Source: Haliotis rufescens (taxonomy: Eukaryota). From it: a stretch of 64,000 nucleotides of DNA. Location: positions 13,206,001 through 13,270,000 of the forward strand of contig NW_025963890.1 in NCBI RefSeq assembly GCF_023055435.1, given 5' to 3'. The notes below the pieces were generated by a model. That model worked only from the letters and a program-made list of their open reading frames with translations, had not been told where the DNA came from and did not search any database. This document shows, one piece after another, positions 1-12,721 of this stretch; the first letter of the stretch is position 1, and every line of letters begins with the position of its first letter. The translations under genes were made by a program, and so were the position numbers.

Positions 1-228
1 GCCAAAGAATAGTGCTTGGTTATGCCTAGCTGTTGATCCATATAGTCTTGGCTGACTCCCTCTTCCCTTATCAAAACCACATCACAGTACCATCCTACTG
101 TTTCTGTGGGTCCTCTTCTAGCCATGGTGATCCTCTTGGTTACTTGCCTAAGAAAAGTGCTTGGTTATGCCGTGCTGTTGATCCATATAGTCTTGGCTGA
201 CCGCCTCTACCTTTACCAAAACCACATT
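1..228. repeat. Imperfect direct duplication of ~82 bp (1-82 and ~146-228)
   Basis: AGTGCTTGGTTATGCC..GCTGTTGATCCATATAGTCTTGGCTGAC..AAAACCACAT occurs twice. Confidence 0.8.
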
Positions 229-1622
229 TCTTATGACACTCGTAAGATGAATCATAAGGCCTGAATCTGTTGCTGTTGTAATGGTGGGTCCCACATGGGA
301 ATGGCATTAAGAAATGAGATACCCTGTTAGACTGTTAGTGCCTTTGCACTGTCCTTTGCACTATGCTGACTCTCTTCTGCAATGGAGATGGATATTTCCC
401 TTAGTCTGGAATAGAGTAGTCTCCCCTTGACATCAATGATCATCACATTACTGCTGTCAACCAAAGAGGAAAGACCTACCATTTAAAGTCTCAGCGTATT
501 TCACTGAATCCTTTGCGTGTTGGCTCTAGTGTTTTTTTGTGAACAATTATTGTGCACACGATTTGTGTGTTCATATGTTTCATATGATTTATCATTTATG
601 CCATAGTATGAATATTTAATGCCTGGTGATGGTATTCACCACGGTGATCACAGGTGTGTTGTTGTTTGATGTAGCCATTTTGAATATTGTTCGTGGTGAC
701 GCTTTTTTCGTGATGTGATGATCCGTGATGTCACCCCTTCCGTGGTCACATGGGAGCTGTATGATAGGGTTAGCCACTCAGCAAGTTGAAACAACTTTGT
801 CTTCAGCAAGACCTCACACAGCTCTTTCTCACAGTCAAGAACAAGCAGTAAATGCATTATTATTATTTTTGTTTATGTTATGACTTGCTGCAAGGTGTGT
901 GTACTTCTGTATTGAAGTAATTGTTGACAAATTTGTATTTGCTTCATTACACATGTTAAAAGTTTTTATTGCAGATATTGGTTTCAGCTTTCATTGAGCT
1001 ACCGTTTGTGGAGTATCTGCATGACTGCGCTTTCTTGCCCTTGTTGTTGTGGCTTGAAGGAGTTCACTTTCCTGAATAGTCAACAACTCCTCTGGCCTTT
1101 AGTATGAACATAAGGCCCAGGATCGGCAACAACGAACATGTTGATAGTCCATGACATGGTCATCCTGGTGTCAACCTATGGTTTCAAGAGACAACAAATG
1201 TTCTTGCAGAAGTAGACATTTTGTCTGGAATCATAAGTAGAGCCAGATTGATATTCTTACCTTCTTCTGTTTCTGTAGAGTCGGTGAGACGATCACCACA
1301 TCTGGTATACTAGTGAGTTTGGTGTTTTTCACTGGTGCTGGGCTGTTGCCTCTGAAAGCTAATTGGTCGTTTGTAGCGAATCTAGTGGAATAGAGTGTGA
1401 AAGGTCCTGTCTGTGGCATGTATGGATGTTCGATCTCCACCTGACTGAGTGTGGTACATACTTGCTGCCTTGGCCTGCCTGTAGGACAGTTGGTGTAGAC
1501 TTTCTGTGACATTGTTGCTACCTGCGTCTGTAACTGCTGTACCGTAGACACCAATGTTGATGACAGTCCCTGGTCCGTAGTGGTCCCTCAATTTGCCATG
1601 GATTCTTCAGGTTGGGGATTCT

Positions 1623-3499
1623 CACAATACGATTGCCCCACAAAACACAGCCATCAAGGACACTCAATTCATGTTTCCTTTTCATAAAAGGACTGAAAGA
1701 TTCCTCTAGATTCCTGCTTGGCCATCCAGAAAGAAGGAAATTTCTCACTCTGGAAAGGGTTGGATCTCTGTCTGTCCATTGTTTAATTTGCCATGATTTC
1801 ACAGGAGAAGCATCCATTGCTTCCAGTAGGAGGATTGTGTCCCCTGGTAGAGCTGGATTTGGTGGTGTGTATGGTAAAGGGAGACGACTCATGCAGTCGG
1901 CATTCGCAAGGGAAGTAAGTACCTTTTCTGTACTCGATTGTATAGTTATATGCAGAGAGGGTTAATGCCCAACGTTGAATTCTGCTCGATGCCATCTGTG
2001 AAATGCCCTTGTCCCGACTGAAGATACTCTCGAGGGGTTTGTGATCTGACAACAGAGTAAACGAACGCCCATAGATATACTGATGGAACTTCTTAGTTCT
2101 GAAGATAATTGCTAGAGCTTCACGATCCAATTGAGAGTAATTCTTTTCTGCTTGTGACAGGGACCTGGATGCGAATGCTATTGGTTTCTCTACACCACCA
2201 TCAGACTGATGTGAGAGGACGGTACCCCATAGGGAGATGCATCACACGCCAATACAAGTTTCTTTTGAGGATCATAATGCGTAGGTAGTGGTGAGATTAG
2301 GCAAGAAACGCTGATAGTACTGCATGAGTCCAAGGAATGATTTAAGTTCAGCAACATTTGCGTGGAGCTGGAGCCGACACTATAGCCTTCACCTGTTCGT
2401 CAAGGGGATGCAAACCCTGCACATCTATTTTGTGACCCAAATACTCTACAGAGCCGACCATGAATTTGCACTTCTGTGCGTTCAATCTGAGACCAGCCTT
2501 ACTAAGTCTGGATAGCACTTCCTTCATGTTTTCCAAATGTTCCTGTTCAGAGGCCCCGGTGACAAGAATATCATCCAAGTAGACACAGACATGCTGAATG
2601 TCTTTGAGCAAGCACTCCATAGTTCGCTGGAATACGGCTGGAGCTGCCGATATGCCATAGGGTAAGCGCTGGTACTGATAGAGGCCACGATGAGTGTTTA
2701 TAGTCGTGAGCTTTTGCGACTCCTCGTCAAGGGTTAACTGTTAGTAGGCTTGACTTAAATCAAGTTTCGTGAAAGTCTTTCCACCAGACAAGGATGCGAA
2801 CAGATCTTCGATCCGTGGAATGGGGTAAACATTGGTACAAGCGTTCTTGTTGACAGTTAATTTGTAGTCTCCGCAAATTCGTATGTTGCCATTGGATTTA
2901 ACCACTGGTACGATTGGAGCAGCCCAATCAGAATACTGCACTGGCTTGATAACACCCTGTTTTTCAAGGCGTTCAAGTTCATCGCCAACTTTCTGACGAA
3001 GAGCGTAAGCAACATTCCTGTGCTTATAAAATCTTGGCACATTTGAGGTGATCTCAATAGTGACCTTTTGATCCTTGAATTCCCCTATATCATCTTGGAA
3101 CACATCAGAATAAGAGTTCAAAATGTCTTGTAATCCTTCATTTCACACATTCAAAATTTTTCCCCAATCTAGTCTGATGGCCTGAAGCCAATCTCTGCCA
3201 AGCAAGTTCTCGCCATCACCTTCCACAACTGTCAGCGGGAGAGAAGCCGACTGATTTCCATAATTTACTTGAACGTCTGTAGTACTTTCTATCGGTATTC
3301 TCTCTCGGTTGTAGGACCGAAGAATAGCATTGGTCTCACTTAACTTGGGCCTGTCATCACACTCCTTCCACACTGAATGGAAAGTACTTGAACTGATCAC
3401 AGAAGTTGCTGTGCCAGTGTCTATCTCCATAGTTAGCTTTTTCCCATTGACTAACACTTCAATGAGATAGGGCTCCACTCTGTGTCGCTTACCACTCAA
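1623..3499 (-). pseudogene. pol: Gypsy pol (protease-RT-RNase H), disrupted
   Basis: Fragments 3143-3499 (DTG protease, LLGRDW), 2741-3121 and 2348-2620 (RT, YLDD), 1783-2130 (RNase H), 1623-1892. Confidence 0.9.
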
Positions 3500-3606
3500 T
3501 CCGTTTTGAGCATGTTGAGTTTCTACCTTAAAAAGTCCATATTCATTGTTCTCGTCTTCCTGAGATACATCGTCAATATGATTAGCATGATTAGTGGAAG
3601 ATCTGT

Positions 3607-4413
3607 TTAGTTGTTATGGTTACCACGACCATGACCACGGCCCCTGTCGCGACCCCGACCACAACCACGGCTGTGACCATGATCTGAAGATCTATCATTC
3701 TTGGCGCTGCGAGAGCGTCCAGCACGCTGGATATGACCAACCTTATTACAGTTGTTACACACAGCGTTTTTGTAATAGCACTGACTACTGACATGATTTG
3801 AGCCCCCACGGCGATCACACTTCCTGTCTGCATTATTTCTCCTGTTATCCTCTCTAATCTTGTGCACTGGCCTTGGCATCTGATCTCCCCCTTTAATATC
3901 ATGCACTTCCTTAGCAGCCATTTCCATTCCTAAACACAAGGAGTAAGCCTTAGCAAAGTCCAATGTTTTCTCAGTTAACAGTCTTTTTTGCATTGCTTCA
4001 TTGTTGATACCACACACTAGATGATCCCTTAACTGAGTGTCTAAATCAGTATATTCACATGTCGATGCTCACAAACAACATAACTCAGCCACATATGCTG
4101 ATACAGTTTCATTAGGCTGTCTATCACGCATATTGTACCTCCTCCTTTCCATCATAATAGTGGGTTTCGGGTGTAAATGTGACTTCATCAGCTGTACTAA
4201 TCCATCATAAGAATGATCGCCAGGTTTCTGTGACGTAGACAAGTTCCGTAGTAACTTGTATGACTTCGCACCAATCACACTCAATAGAATAGCACGCTTC
4301 CTACGCTGATCTGTAATTTCGTTTGCTGCGAAATAATGTCCAAGTCTCTCGACATATTCATTCCAGTCATCAGTCTGAGAATCATATTCATCTATTTTGC
4401 CAAAGGTAGCCAT
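3607..4413 (-). pseudogene. gag: Gypsy gag, with in-frame stop at 4069-4071 and two mutated CCHC knuckles
   Basis: ORFs 4069-4440 and 3607-4017 are in the same frame. Knuckles CDRRGGSNHVSSQC and CNNCNKVGHIQRAG each lack one Cys. Confidence 0.88.
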
Positions 4414-4497
4414 GTTGTTTTGAATACCGAGCGAACGCACATGGTCTGACCAAGATCGTTGTTACAACTCGCCGGCACGACAAACGCACTAAATTGA

Positions 4498-4509
4498 CCT
4501 CGTCGCTAA
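4498..4509 (-). promoter_or_regulatory. Primer binding site, tRNA-Ser(GCT)-like
   Basis: Minus strand TAGCGACGAGG, one mismatch from TGGCGACGAGG, just after the LTR end ...TACAACA (4514). Confidence 0.7.
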
Positions 4510-4513
4510 TATA

Positions 4514-4731
4514 TGTTGTAACCCCAGACTACATACAGTCATATCATCAACAAGACAACCCGGGATTAGAGACTATAGTCAAGATGCACATTTACTCTTC
4601 TTGAGTGTTTACATTCATGGCGGAAGCAGACAGACCGAGGTTCCCAGAATTCTCTGCTAAGGGAGCAGTTATTATGCTTAAGTGGAAATCACGGGGAGTG
4701 GCTTATTGTTTTAAACTGTTACTCTATGACA
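4514..4731 (-). repeat. Probable 5' LTR of the Gypsy element (outer boundary uncertain)
   Basis: Ends in ACA next to the PBS; candidate TGTCA start at 4731; no partner LTR in the window to confirm. Confidence 0.45.
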
Positions 4732-5121
4732 GTAATCTTATGGACAGACGCTTGGCAGCCTTCTTGTGTCTCCTCTCTCCGTCCTTTGAATAGTTCTATT
4801 CACGAAGGCAGGTAGTGAGTGTGTAATAGATATGGCACAGGAGATATTGAACCTGAACTTTATATGTTTCTTTATAGCATGTTATGGATTATTACATGCA
4901 TGTAAAACAATATTCAGTTGGTACACAAAGTCTTATTGTTATAATTGACTTTTACTCAAGGTCATCATCATGGAAGCATTTATTTCAGATAAATGTTTCT
5001 CAAGGTGTCTTGAAGAATCCTCCTTTTCTTTTTTATGTGTCACTGTTTAATTCCTCTGGAAGCCTTTTAGGGCCATTAGTTTTGTTTTGTTCTGGTTTTT
5101 ATTTTTTGTGGGGTAAACGAG

Positions 5122-5351
5122 AATAACCTCAGTGATTCAGGAAAATTAGCATTAATAGATGGAACTTGTTTCTGGAACCCCAGTTGGTGTGGCTGGGGAC
5201 ATTTTAGAATGTTTTAATTCATCACTAGCTTCAGAGGTCATTTGCAATTTAAGATTTCTGTAGAACCCTTGTGAGATTTTGTTTTACTGTTAGGGATAGA
5301 AATATATCAGGGCAGAGCAAAAGAATATATAGAGTTTGGACTTTTATCCAT
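5122..5351. repeat. ~230 bp direct repeat, copy 1
   Basis: Near-identical to 6866-7095. Confidence 0.9.
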
Positions 5352-5371
5352 TTAAGAAATTTATTCCAAAT

Positions 5372-5720
5372 TTTAGATTCTTCTCATCCTCACTGTCGGA
5401 TGCCATCAGATGAGCTCTGTATTCTGCTGCTGTCCTCCAGCCATGCTCACTCTGGTCGGCAAGCAATACAAGCTTCTGTCTTTTCTTAATGAGCTCCACC
5501 TTGGTTCAACTTTCTCAGGGCCTTGTCTTGTTGGTTGTGCTGGATGTCCGCACTGGCGCATGTAACGAGATCTTGTACTTCTGTATTATTCAGATATTGA
5601 TCCTCGTTGGCCTCACACTTATAAGTTGGTCTTTCATCCTTGAGATTTCTTCTTTCTGCTGTCTTCAGCCAGTTGTTTTAGCTCATCTTTCATCATGTCC
5701 AGCCTTGACATGGCCTCCAG
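5372..5720 (-). pseudogene. Frameshifted ORF1/gag-like relic of a DIRS/Ngaro-type tyrosine-recombinase retrotransposon
   Basis: Translates as ..YKCEANEDQYLNNTEVQDL..KALRKLNQG / VELIKKRQKLVLLADQSEHGWRTAAEY..MASDSEDEK, matching the RQKL.LAD.SE.GW....EY....ASDS.DEK motif I associate with invertebrate YR-retroelement ORF1. Confidence 0.6.
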
Positions 5721-6400
5721 CCGGGCTCCTTCCTGAATTACTTGGGTAGATAAACTGTAATAGTGAAAGTAAGCTATCCGTTCCCACAAAATCTGCCCTC
5801 TGTCTATCCAGCCCACTTGTTAATAAGTGTCACAAGTCTCGAACCTCAAAAACATTATCTTCTGTCCAATTGAAGAAAAGAAAAAAGATATATATATCTT
5901 GAATGATTTATTCAATAATCCTTGCAAGTTCTCCATAAATACAACTTGTTATCAGTAATACATGAACATATCAAAAAGAATTACATTTTAAATTCTGAAG
6001 GTCCAACAGCACCAATAGACCAATTGGACAATACGTTTATAAGATTTCATGAACATTTTCTGAGGTCAGATCTGGAAACAAAGAAAGATGGCTGAAGAAT
6101 AAAGATCTTCAAATTTGTGTCAGGATGAGAACATACCAAGTGCTTGGTCATACCCTCATGCTCAATCAATATGTCATATGAATTATAAAATTAATGTTCC
6201 AGCTATATCACCATGACATGTAAATGACCACTCAGGGCCAGGCAAACCAGTGGTTGATAGCATGACAACTAGTCCTTGTCATCAGGGCATATAAGGGACC
6301 AACCACTTGATATTCATGGAGGGCGGATACTAGGGAAAAATAATTAATATATCCTCAGGTTTTGCAACAAATACCTTGTTCACTGGCTTACCTAAAAACT

Positions 6401-6657
6401 TGTAGATCCGGGGTAGAATAGGTCTTCAGCAACCCATGCTTGCCGTAAAAGGCGACTATGCTTGTCGTAAGAGGTGACTAACGGGATCGGGTGGTCAGAC
6501 TTGCCGACTGTTGATGCATGTCATGGTATCCTAATTGTGTGGATCGATGCACATGATGTCAGTCACTGGATTGTCTGGTCCAGACTCGATTATTTACAGA
6601 CTGCGTTCATATAGCTGGAATATTGCTGAGTGCAGCATTAAACAACAAACAAACAAC
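6401..6657 (+). mobile_element. SINE-like interspersed repeat, family B
   Basis: GATCC.GGGTAGAATAGGTCTTCAGCAACCCATGCTTG...CTGGAATATTGCTGAGTGC.GC.TTAAACAACAAAC; at least 8 copies in the window. Confidence 0.85.
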
Positions 6658-6865
6658 TTTAACACAGATTTACAACAATCATAGCGTTGCGATGACTTTG
6701 TGGAATGGGGTCCTGCAAATGAACCATAAGTTGTTTTGTTCTTCTCCTTTCAAAGGAGGAAAGCAGTGACGGGAGTACAACCCTGGATGACCAAATCACA
6801 CTGCTTATACATTCCCACCACTCAGTCCTCACTGTGGGCTCGGTGGGTGTCAATGGTGAACCAGA

Positions 6866-7095
6866 ATAACCTCAGTGATTCAAGAATATTAGCATTAATA
6901 GATGGAACTTGTTTCTGGAACCCCAGTTGGTGTGGCTGAGGACATTTTAGAATGTTTTAATTCATCACTAGCTTCAGAGGTCATTTGCAATTTAAGATTT
7001 CTGTAGAACCCTTGTGAGATTATTTTTTTAACTGTTAGGGATAGAAATATATCAGGGCGGAGCAAAAGAATATATAGAGTTTGGACTTTTATCCA
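6866..7095. repeat. ~230 bp direct repeat, copy 2
   Basis: Near-identical to 5122-5351. Confidence 0.9.
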
Positions 7096-7340
7096 TATGT
7101 GAAAATTCTCGCTGTCTGGAAATACCACTTGACAATTAGAGACGATACAGTTTTATATGGAAATCATTATTTCCACCATTTCCACCCATAAGCATGGTAT
7201 TTACCTGTCTGAAGTGCAAGAGAAGCACAAATATGTAGGTACATGCAATAAAAGAACAATATAAACAGAATGTGCAGTGCTTATGCTCTTGATACAATGT
7301 TTGTACAATATAGAAATGAATAAAGTAAATACGAATAAGC

Positions 7341-7474
7341 TATTCTACTCAACTTTTGATAGGGATAATAATGTATATCATCCTTTTTAGAAATACACTT
7401 TGCATATGAGAATCTGTTCTATGTTTCGTGGAAATATGAAAAAAAAGTATCTCTATCAAAAGTTGAGTGGTATA
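7341..7474. mobile_element. MITE with TIR TACTACTCAACTTTTGATAGGGATA, copy 1
   Basis: ~25 bp terminal inverted repeats with TA flanks; copies at 9073-9195 and 11944-12075. Confidence 0.75.
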
Positions 7475-7587
7475 TAAAGGCAACAGTGCTCTGATCTCAG
7501 AGATGGCCACAGCACCGTGACACAAGTCAAAGTAAGCATTAATGTATAATTGGGCGAAATGAAGGGAGGGTGAAGAGAAGCTGTATG

Positions 7588-7752
7588 CAGTGGAACCTCC
7601 TTATTCCAGGCAGAATCATTCCCACTGAAACATTTTGGATTAACGAATCATTGCTACAGTGTTGTGTTTTGGGACATACACACATTCCTGTCAAGATGGT
7701 CCGGAGGCAGGGTTTCCAGACTAACAGGTTCTGGATTAAAGAGGTTTCACTG
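7588..7752. mobile_element. Tc1/mariner(pogo)-like MITE
   Basis: TIR CAGTGGAACCTC...GAGGTTTCACTG followed by TA. Confidence 0.65.
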
Positions 7753-9072
7753 TAACCATGACAACTGACAATGACTGATGCGACAACCGAATTATTTCAG
7801 TCCTAGGGAGCAGGTGTAGCCCAGTGGTTATAGGTGCTGTTTCTTGCTGTGCAGAGTTACTTCCCTTAGCTATGCTGGGATCCTTTAAGCGTGTGACTAA
7901 GTGCCAGATTCTCCCTATTTATGGTACTTGTCATGATGGGTTTTATCAAAGTAGTAGACATATATATACAACCTGCTACACTTTGGGCATACTACCAAAA
8001 TGCACTGATAATTGTTATAGCGCTTTTTGTGATGATTTTAAGTGTTTCCAGCATTAGTCATTTCCATGTTGGTTTAGTATTTAATGTTAGTTATCATTAG
8101 CAGATTTCCAACTTTGCCTTGATGCTGGTGGTGCCACCTAGTCTGTCTGCTTGTTATCACTGCCTTAATCAATGTTGGAGGCCAGAGGCAATTTGTACAT
8201 GATCATACAATGCGCTGTTATGTTCAGATATTTTTGCCTTTTTGCACCTGAATCATATCAAATAAAGATCAATAGTTTTCAAGTTAATTAGGTTCTGTTC
8301 TTTTTTGTCCTTTTAAGACTGGGCTTCACTTTACATTGTTTATTGAACATTATTGTTAATGTTTTGTCCGTACATATATGAAAATAATGCAGTGAACCTT
8401 CTTATCAAACATGAAAGTTATGTTCAGGCCAAACCTAGTTTATTTCATGTTTAATTGCATTTCTCAGTCTATGTGCCAAGAGGTTTGATGGAGATTAAAA
8501 GATTCTGGGCTGATTTGAGGGATATTTCCTGAATAATGTTTTCATACAGACATTTTGTGGAAGAAATATGCTGTAGGAGTCGTATGTCTATTAAGTTCCG
8601 AATTTTAATTTTTGGCCATAATACAACATAACTTGATGTGGCCTCGGTATGACATGTCATGCCAATGAGCATTATGCATGTGAATCGTTCATCATTTACA
8701 GGTGATCCTGACCTCTGGGGCTACAGTTCGCCTTGCAGAGTTGCATCTCTTAGGCATGCCAGAAAACTATATGAAAGCTGGTTCATACTGATTAAATGTC
8801 TAGGTTTGTCAGCACCACACACATGCTCCTTAGTTTCACCACAGTGGTAAATGCCCAAGTCCTGCATCAGTTCGAGATTTCAAGCTGACACACTGTGTTA
8901 TTACAGAAGTTCTGTTGCAAGCAGTGTTAAACCAAACTCACTCTCCACATACACATCCTGTGGATGATTCCGAGGTAGACTTGATGATCCCCAACAACTG
9001 TTGCTTGTCATAAGAGACAACTTATTCTGGTGGTCAGGCCTGGTACCTTGATTGCTTGCGTGTGATCATAGA

Positions 9073-9195
9073 TATACTACTCAACTTCTGATAGGGTTAA
9101 TCAATATGTCATTTAAATATGCCTTTGTCATATGAGAATCAGGTTTGTGTATCATGGAAAGAAGAATATATCCCTATGAAAAGTTGGGTAGTATA
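9073..9195. mobile_element. MITE, same family as 7341-7474
   Basis: TATACTACTCAACTT...AAGTTGGGTAGTATA. Confidence 0.75.
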
Positions 9196-9324
9196 TTTAT
9201 TCCCCAGATGATTTTGTTCATTATGATCCAGACAATTGTTTGCAGGTCCCTGTGATGAAGCTGTAATACTGGTGACTGCAGAATTACACAACTCACTCAT
9301 TATTTACATATAGACAAAACAGAT

Positions 9325-9553
9325 GATATCCGGGTTAGAATTGGTTTTCATCAATCCATGCTTGTTGCAAGAGGCGACTGACAGGATTAGGTGGTCAGGC
9401 TCACTGACTTGGTTGATGCATGTCATCGTTTCCCAATTGTGTAGATCAATGCTCATGATATCAATCACTGGATTGTCTGGTCCAGACTCGATTATTTACA
9501 GACTGCCATCATATTGCTGGAGTGTTGCTGAGTGGGGCGCTAAACAACAAACA
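9325..9553 (+). mobile_element. SINE-like family B copy
   Basis: Homologous to 6401-6657. Confidence 0.8.
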
Positions 9554-10075
9554 GACAATAACAACATCTATTGAGTGTTGAGCATTTATTTCCAAATGCA
9601 ATTTGTTGTGTAGAGCAACATAAATAACATGAAAAATATAGGGATAATTAAAGTTGAAGCTGTGTTAGAACCACTAACAGTAACAATGTGCCAAATATCC
9701 GGATGGTATTCTCACAGTATCAATAACACACACCTGAAGGGATCTGTAATAGTAATTGCCAAATTTGTATTGCTTTCATAATGAAAATATTCAGAAAAAT
9801 AAGTCAACTTTGGATATGTTATACAGAAAGAATTAAAGAAACAGTTAGTTCTCTGGCATCAACATTTTTGTGTAGGAGTGCATGAAACAGACCTCATAAG
9901 AAACCATCAGTTTTATTCCAAGTTACCTTGTCCAATTTAACAAATATATATTTATATATCCCAACTTGACTAATTCCATTGATTGATAATATCAATGGTT
10001 TTAGCAACAATAGATATTATCCTAAAATGTTTACAAAGTCTGATGTGATGATAATACCATCTTTAAACTTAGTTA

Positions 10076-10401
10076 CCGTATTTGACGTTATAAGCGCCCA
10101 CAGCGATATTCTTATATATTGGCTAGTGAACAATCCCAATTAGCACCCCTTCCGATAGATCAATGTACACAAGACTTATTTATTCGTGTATGATGTGCAT
10201 TCGTGTTATATGCATAAAATTCTGAAAAATATATCTGTCCTGTATAATAGGCACAGACTTTTCTTTTGTATCATTTCAGGCTGTCAGCATAAACCACGAA
10301 ATTTACAATCTTTCAACTGTTTTTTTTTTCTCACCAAAATTATTTCTAATAAGAGCCCCCTATTTTGAGAGCACCCTGGGCGCTTATTACATCGATTACG
10401 G
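10076..10401. mobile_element. Tc1/mariner(pogo/Tigger)-like MITE
   Basis: TA|CCGTATTTGACGTTATAAGCGCCC...GGGCGCTTATTACATCGATTACGG|TA. Confidence 0.75.
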
Positions 10402-11280
10402 TATTAGCATTCATGGCAGAGGCTGATGTGTCTCACTGCCAATGTCAAATTCACATCACATTTGATCAATCTCAGATTACCATTGCAGTAATGCCTCCTG
10501 AGAGATATTTGTGTTGAAGCATTATCCTGATTCTGTTCCCTTAAGTACTTAGTTCAAAAGTATTCACCACACATGTAAACCAAATTCAGTTCAATTTGGC
10601 AAGAAGTGCTATGACTTGGCTGACTGAAGATGTTGAAATTGTTCTGATGGAATGACCACTACGTTTATTGCACAAACTTTGTTTCACTAAATCCCACAGA
10701 TTTTGACTTGCTTTGCTTTACATTACTTTAACATCATAGCATTTCAAGTCCACATATACTTTAGGCATCCTTCATACAACCAACTCATTCATAAATACTA
10801 CCAGTTGACAAGGTAATAGAACATTTTCTTGACATAGAAGTTTGCCGTTGGCATTTACCTTCTTATTATATCTTATTTGGTTCATTATATTTGGTATTCG
10901 TGTCATTATATTTGGTATGTCAGGGTATAATCTGAAACCATATCTACCCAAATCCTTTTGGTATTTTCTCATCTTAACAAAACTGATGCATGATTCCATG
11001 AAAATTAAGACATTTGACACAGCATGAAATGTTGCCCTGTGTTGAAGTCATTAGAGTTATCTCCCCTTACCATATGCCAACTTCAAGAAAGTGAATATGG
11101 CTTTACACTTGTAGCAATATTCCATCAATATCCTGACAGGGGACAACTGGAATGGGCTTCACTGTACCCAAGTCTATGAAGTACCCGAAACAACAGACAT
11201 TTGGCCAAACAAAATGTTATTGCAATAGTCATGAAAGAGTTTAGTTACTTTAGGACTATTACCAGGGTCCTGGGTTAAAG

Positions 11281-11543
11281 TTTGTTTGTTTGTTGTTTAA
11301 CGCCGCTCTCAGCAATATTCCAGCTAAATGACGGCAGTCTGTAAATAATCGAGACTGGACCAGACAATCCAGTGATTGACATCACAAGCATCGATCCACG
11401 CAATTGGGATACGATGACATGCATCAACCAAGTCAGCGTGCCTAACCACCCGATCCCATTGGTCACCTCTTTCAACAAGCATAGTCATCTTTTACGTCAA
11501 GCATGGGTTGCTGAAGACCTATTCTACCCTGGATCTTCACAGG
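11281..11543 (-). mobile_element. SINE-like family B copy
   Basis: Reverse-complement homolog of 6401-6657; a degenerate + copy follows at ~11575-11745. Confidence 0.85.
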
Positions 11544-11943
11544 CCTTCTGGATTAAAATGGGTCCACAACACTATTGCTTGCCTTAAGGCGACTAAGTCT
11601 GAATGGGTGGATTCGGTGACTTTGGTTGGTTGCGTACGCCATACATCTTACCCCAACAGTCTGGGATGTTGCTTAAAATATCAATCACTGGTTTGTCTGG
11701 TCCACATTTACAGGCTATCATGATACAGCTGGAATATTGCTGAGATTGTTATTATACTCCCTGGGCTGACCTACAGTAAATAACAAAATATGTCAGTACA
11801 ACCTTTGCATTCTATCATGCCAATAATATCTGTGACATATATATTAATCTCGTTAAATATGTGTAAAGAAAATACCTTCCATCACTACCCATGATGAAAC
11901 TGGCACCCAACTCATGGAAGTGGACTGATTGATCATATTCATG

Positions 11944-12075
11944 TATACTACTCAACATCTAACAGGGATGTTTTATATTATTTTCCTGATACACCCCACT
12001 TATGTCATTACTCATAATATGTAGATGTAATAGTATGAGGTATCTCAGTATCCTTATCAAAAGTTGAGTAGTATA
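11944..12075. mobile_element. MITE, same family as 7341-7474
   Basis: TATACTACTCAAC...GTTGAGTAGTATA. Confidence 0.75.
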
Positions 12076-12721
12076 TCTACATATCACTTCTTTGATTGAT
12101 GCATGAAACTGTTGTGGAACGTGCTGAATGGGAGTATTTTAACTTACAGAAGAGTTAGTTTGGTTTAATGCCGCTTTAAACAGTATTTCGGTTTTATTAC
12201 GGCATGTCAGCTTCTTGTGGAGCGAAAGCATGAATGATGCAGGTCTTAGGCATTTATCATTTTGGTGAAACCCACAAGCATGGTGCTGATAAACCAAAAA
12301 TCATAATTAGAGATAAACTGGGTTTTGAAACCTACGATCATGGGATTCTGGAACATACTCCGCAGAAACAATTGTGGCATCTGTGCTCTCCTATACAGAA
12401 GAGACACTCAGTAATCAAAATAGCTGACATAATGGGCACATGATATAAAACAATGATTGACCATACTTGTTAATCTGGACACAACATTATTGCCACACAT
12501 GCATTTGATATTGAGAATAACAGCATGATCATGATAAAATACACAAACTGTTTTGTCATCATTTCTTTCAAACACTACATCTATGAACAGCATTGGTGCT
12601 GCAAAAAATAATGTGCTGACAAACTTGCATGTAGCTGTTGTGTTTTATCAAGAAATATAGCGATATTATGCCAAAAAGGCCTGCCGTCATCTACAAGAAA
12701 CAACATTTTGAAGTAACTGTC

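Larger units (their letters stand above)
1623..4731 (-). mobile_element. Decayed Ty3/Gypsy LTR retrotransposon (Mag/K02A2.6-like), 3'-truncated with integrase and 3' LTR missing
   Basis: Collinear gag (MATFGKIDEY.., ATG 4413), protease EIDTG, RT (CGDYK, LDLSQAY, YLDD), RNase H (ACDAS, DHKPL, RIQRWAL) and GCVLWGNRIV, after which similarity stops at ~1623; multiple stops and frameshifts. Confidence 0.93.

Noticed and set aside
1000-1620. Gypsy integrase and 3' LTR
   Set aside because: No HHCC, DDE or GPY/F motif, no PPT, and no match to the 4514-4731 sequence.
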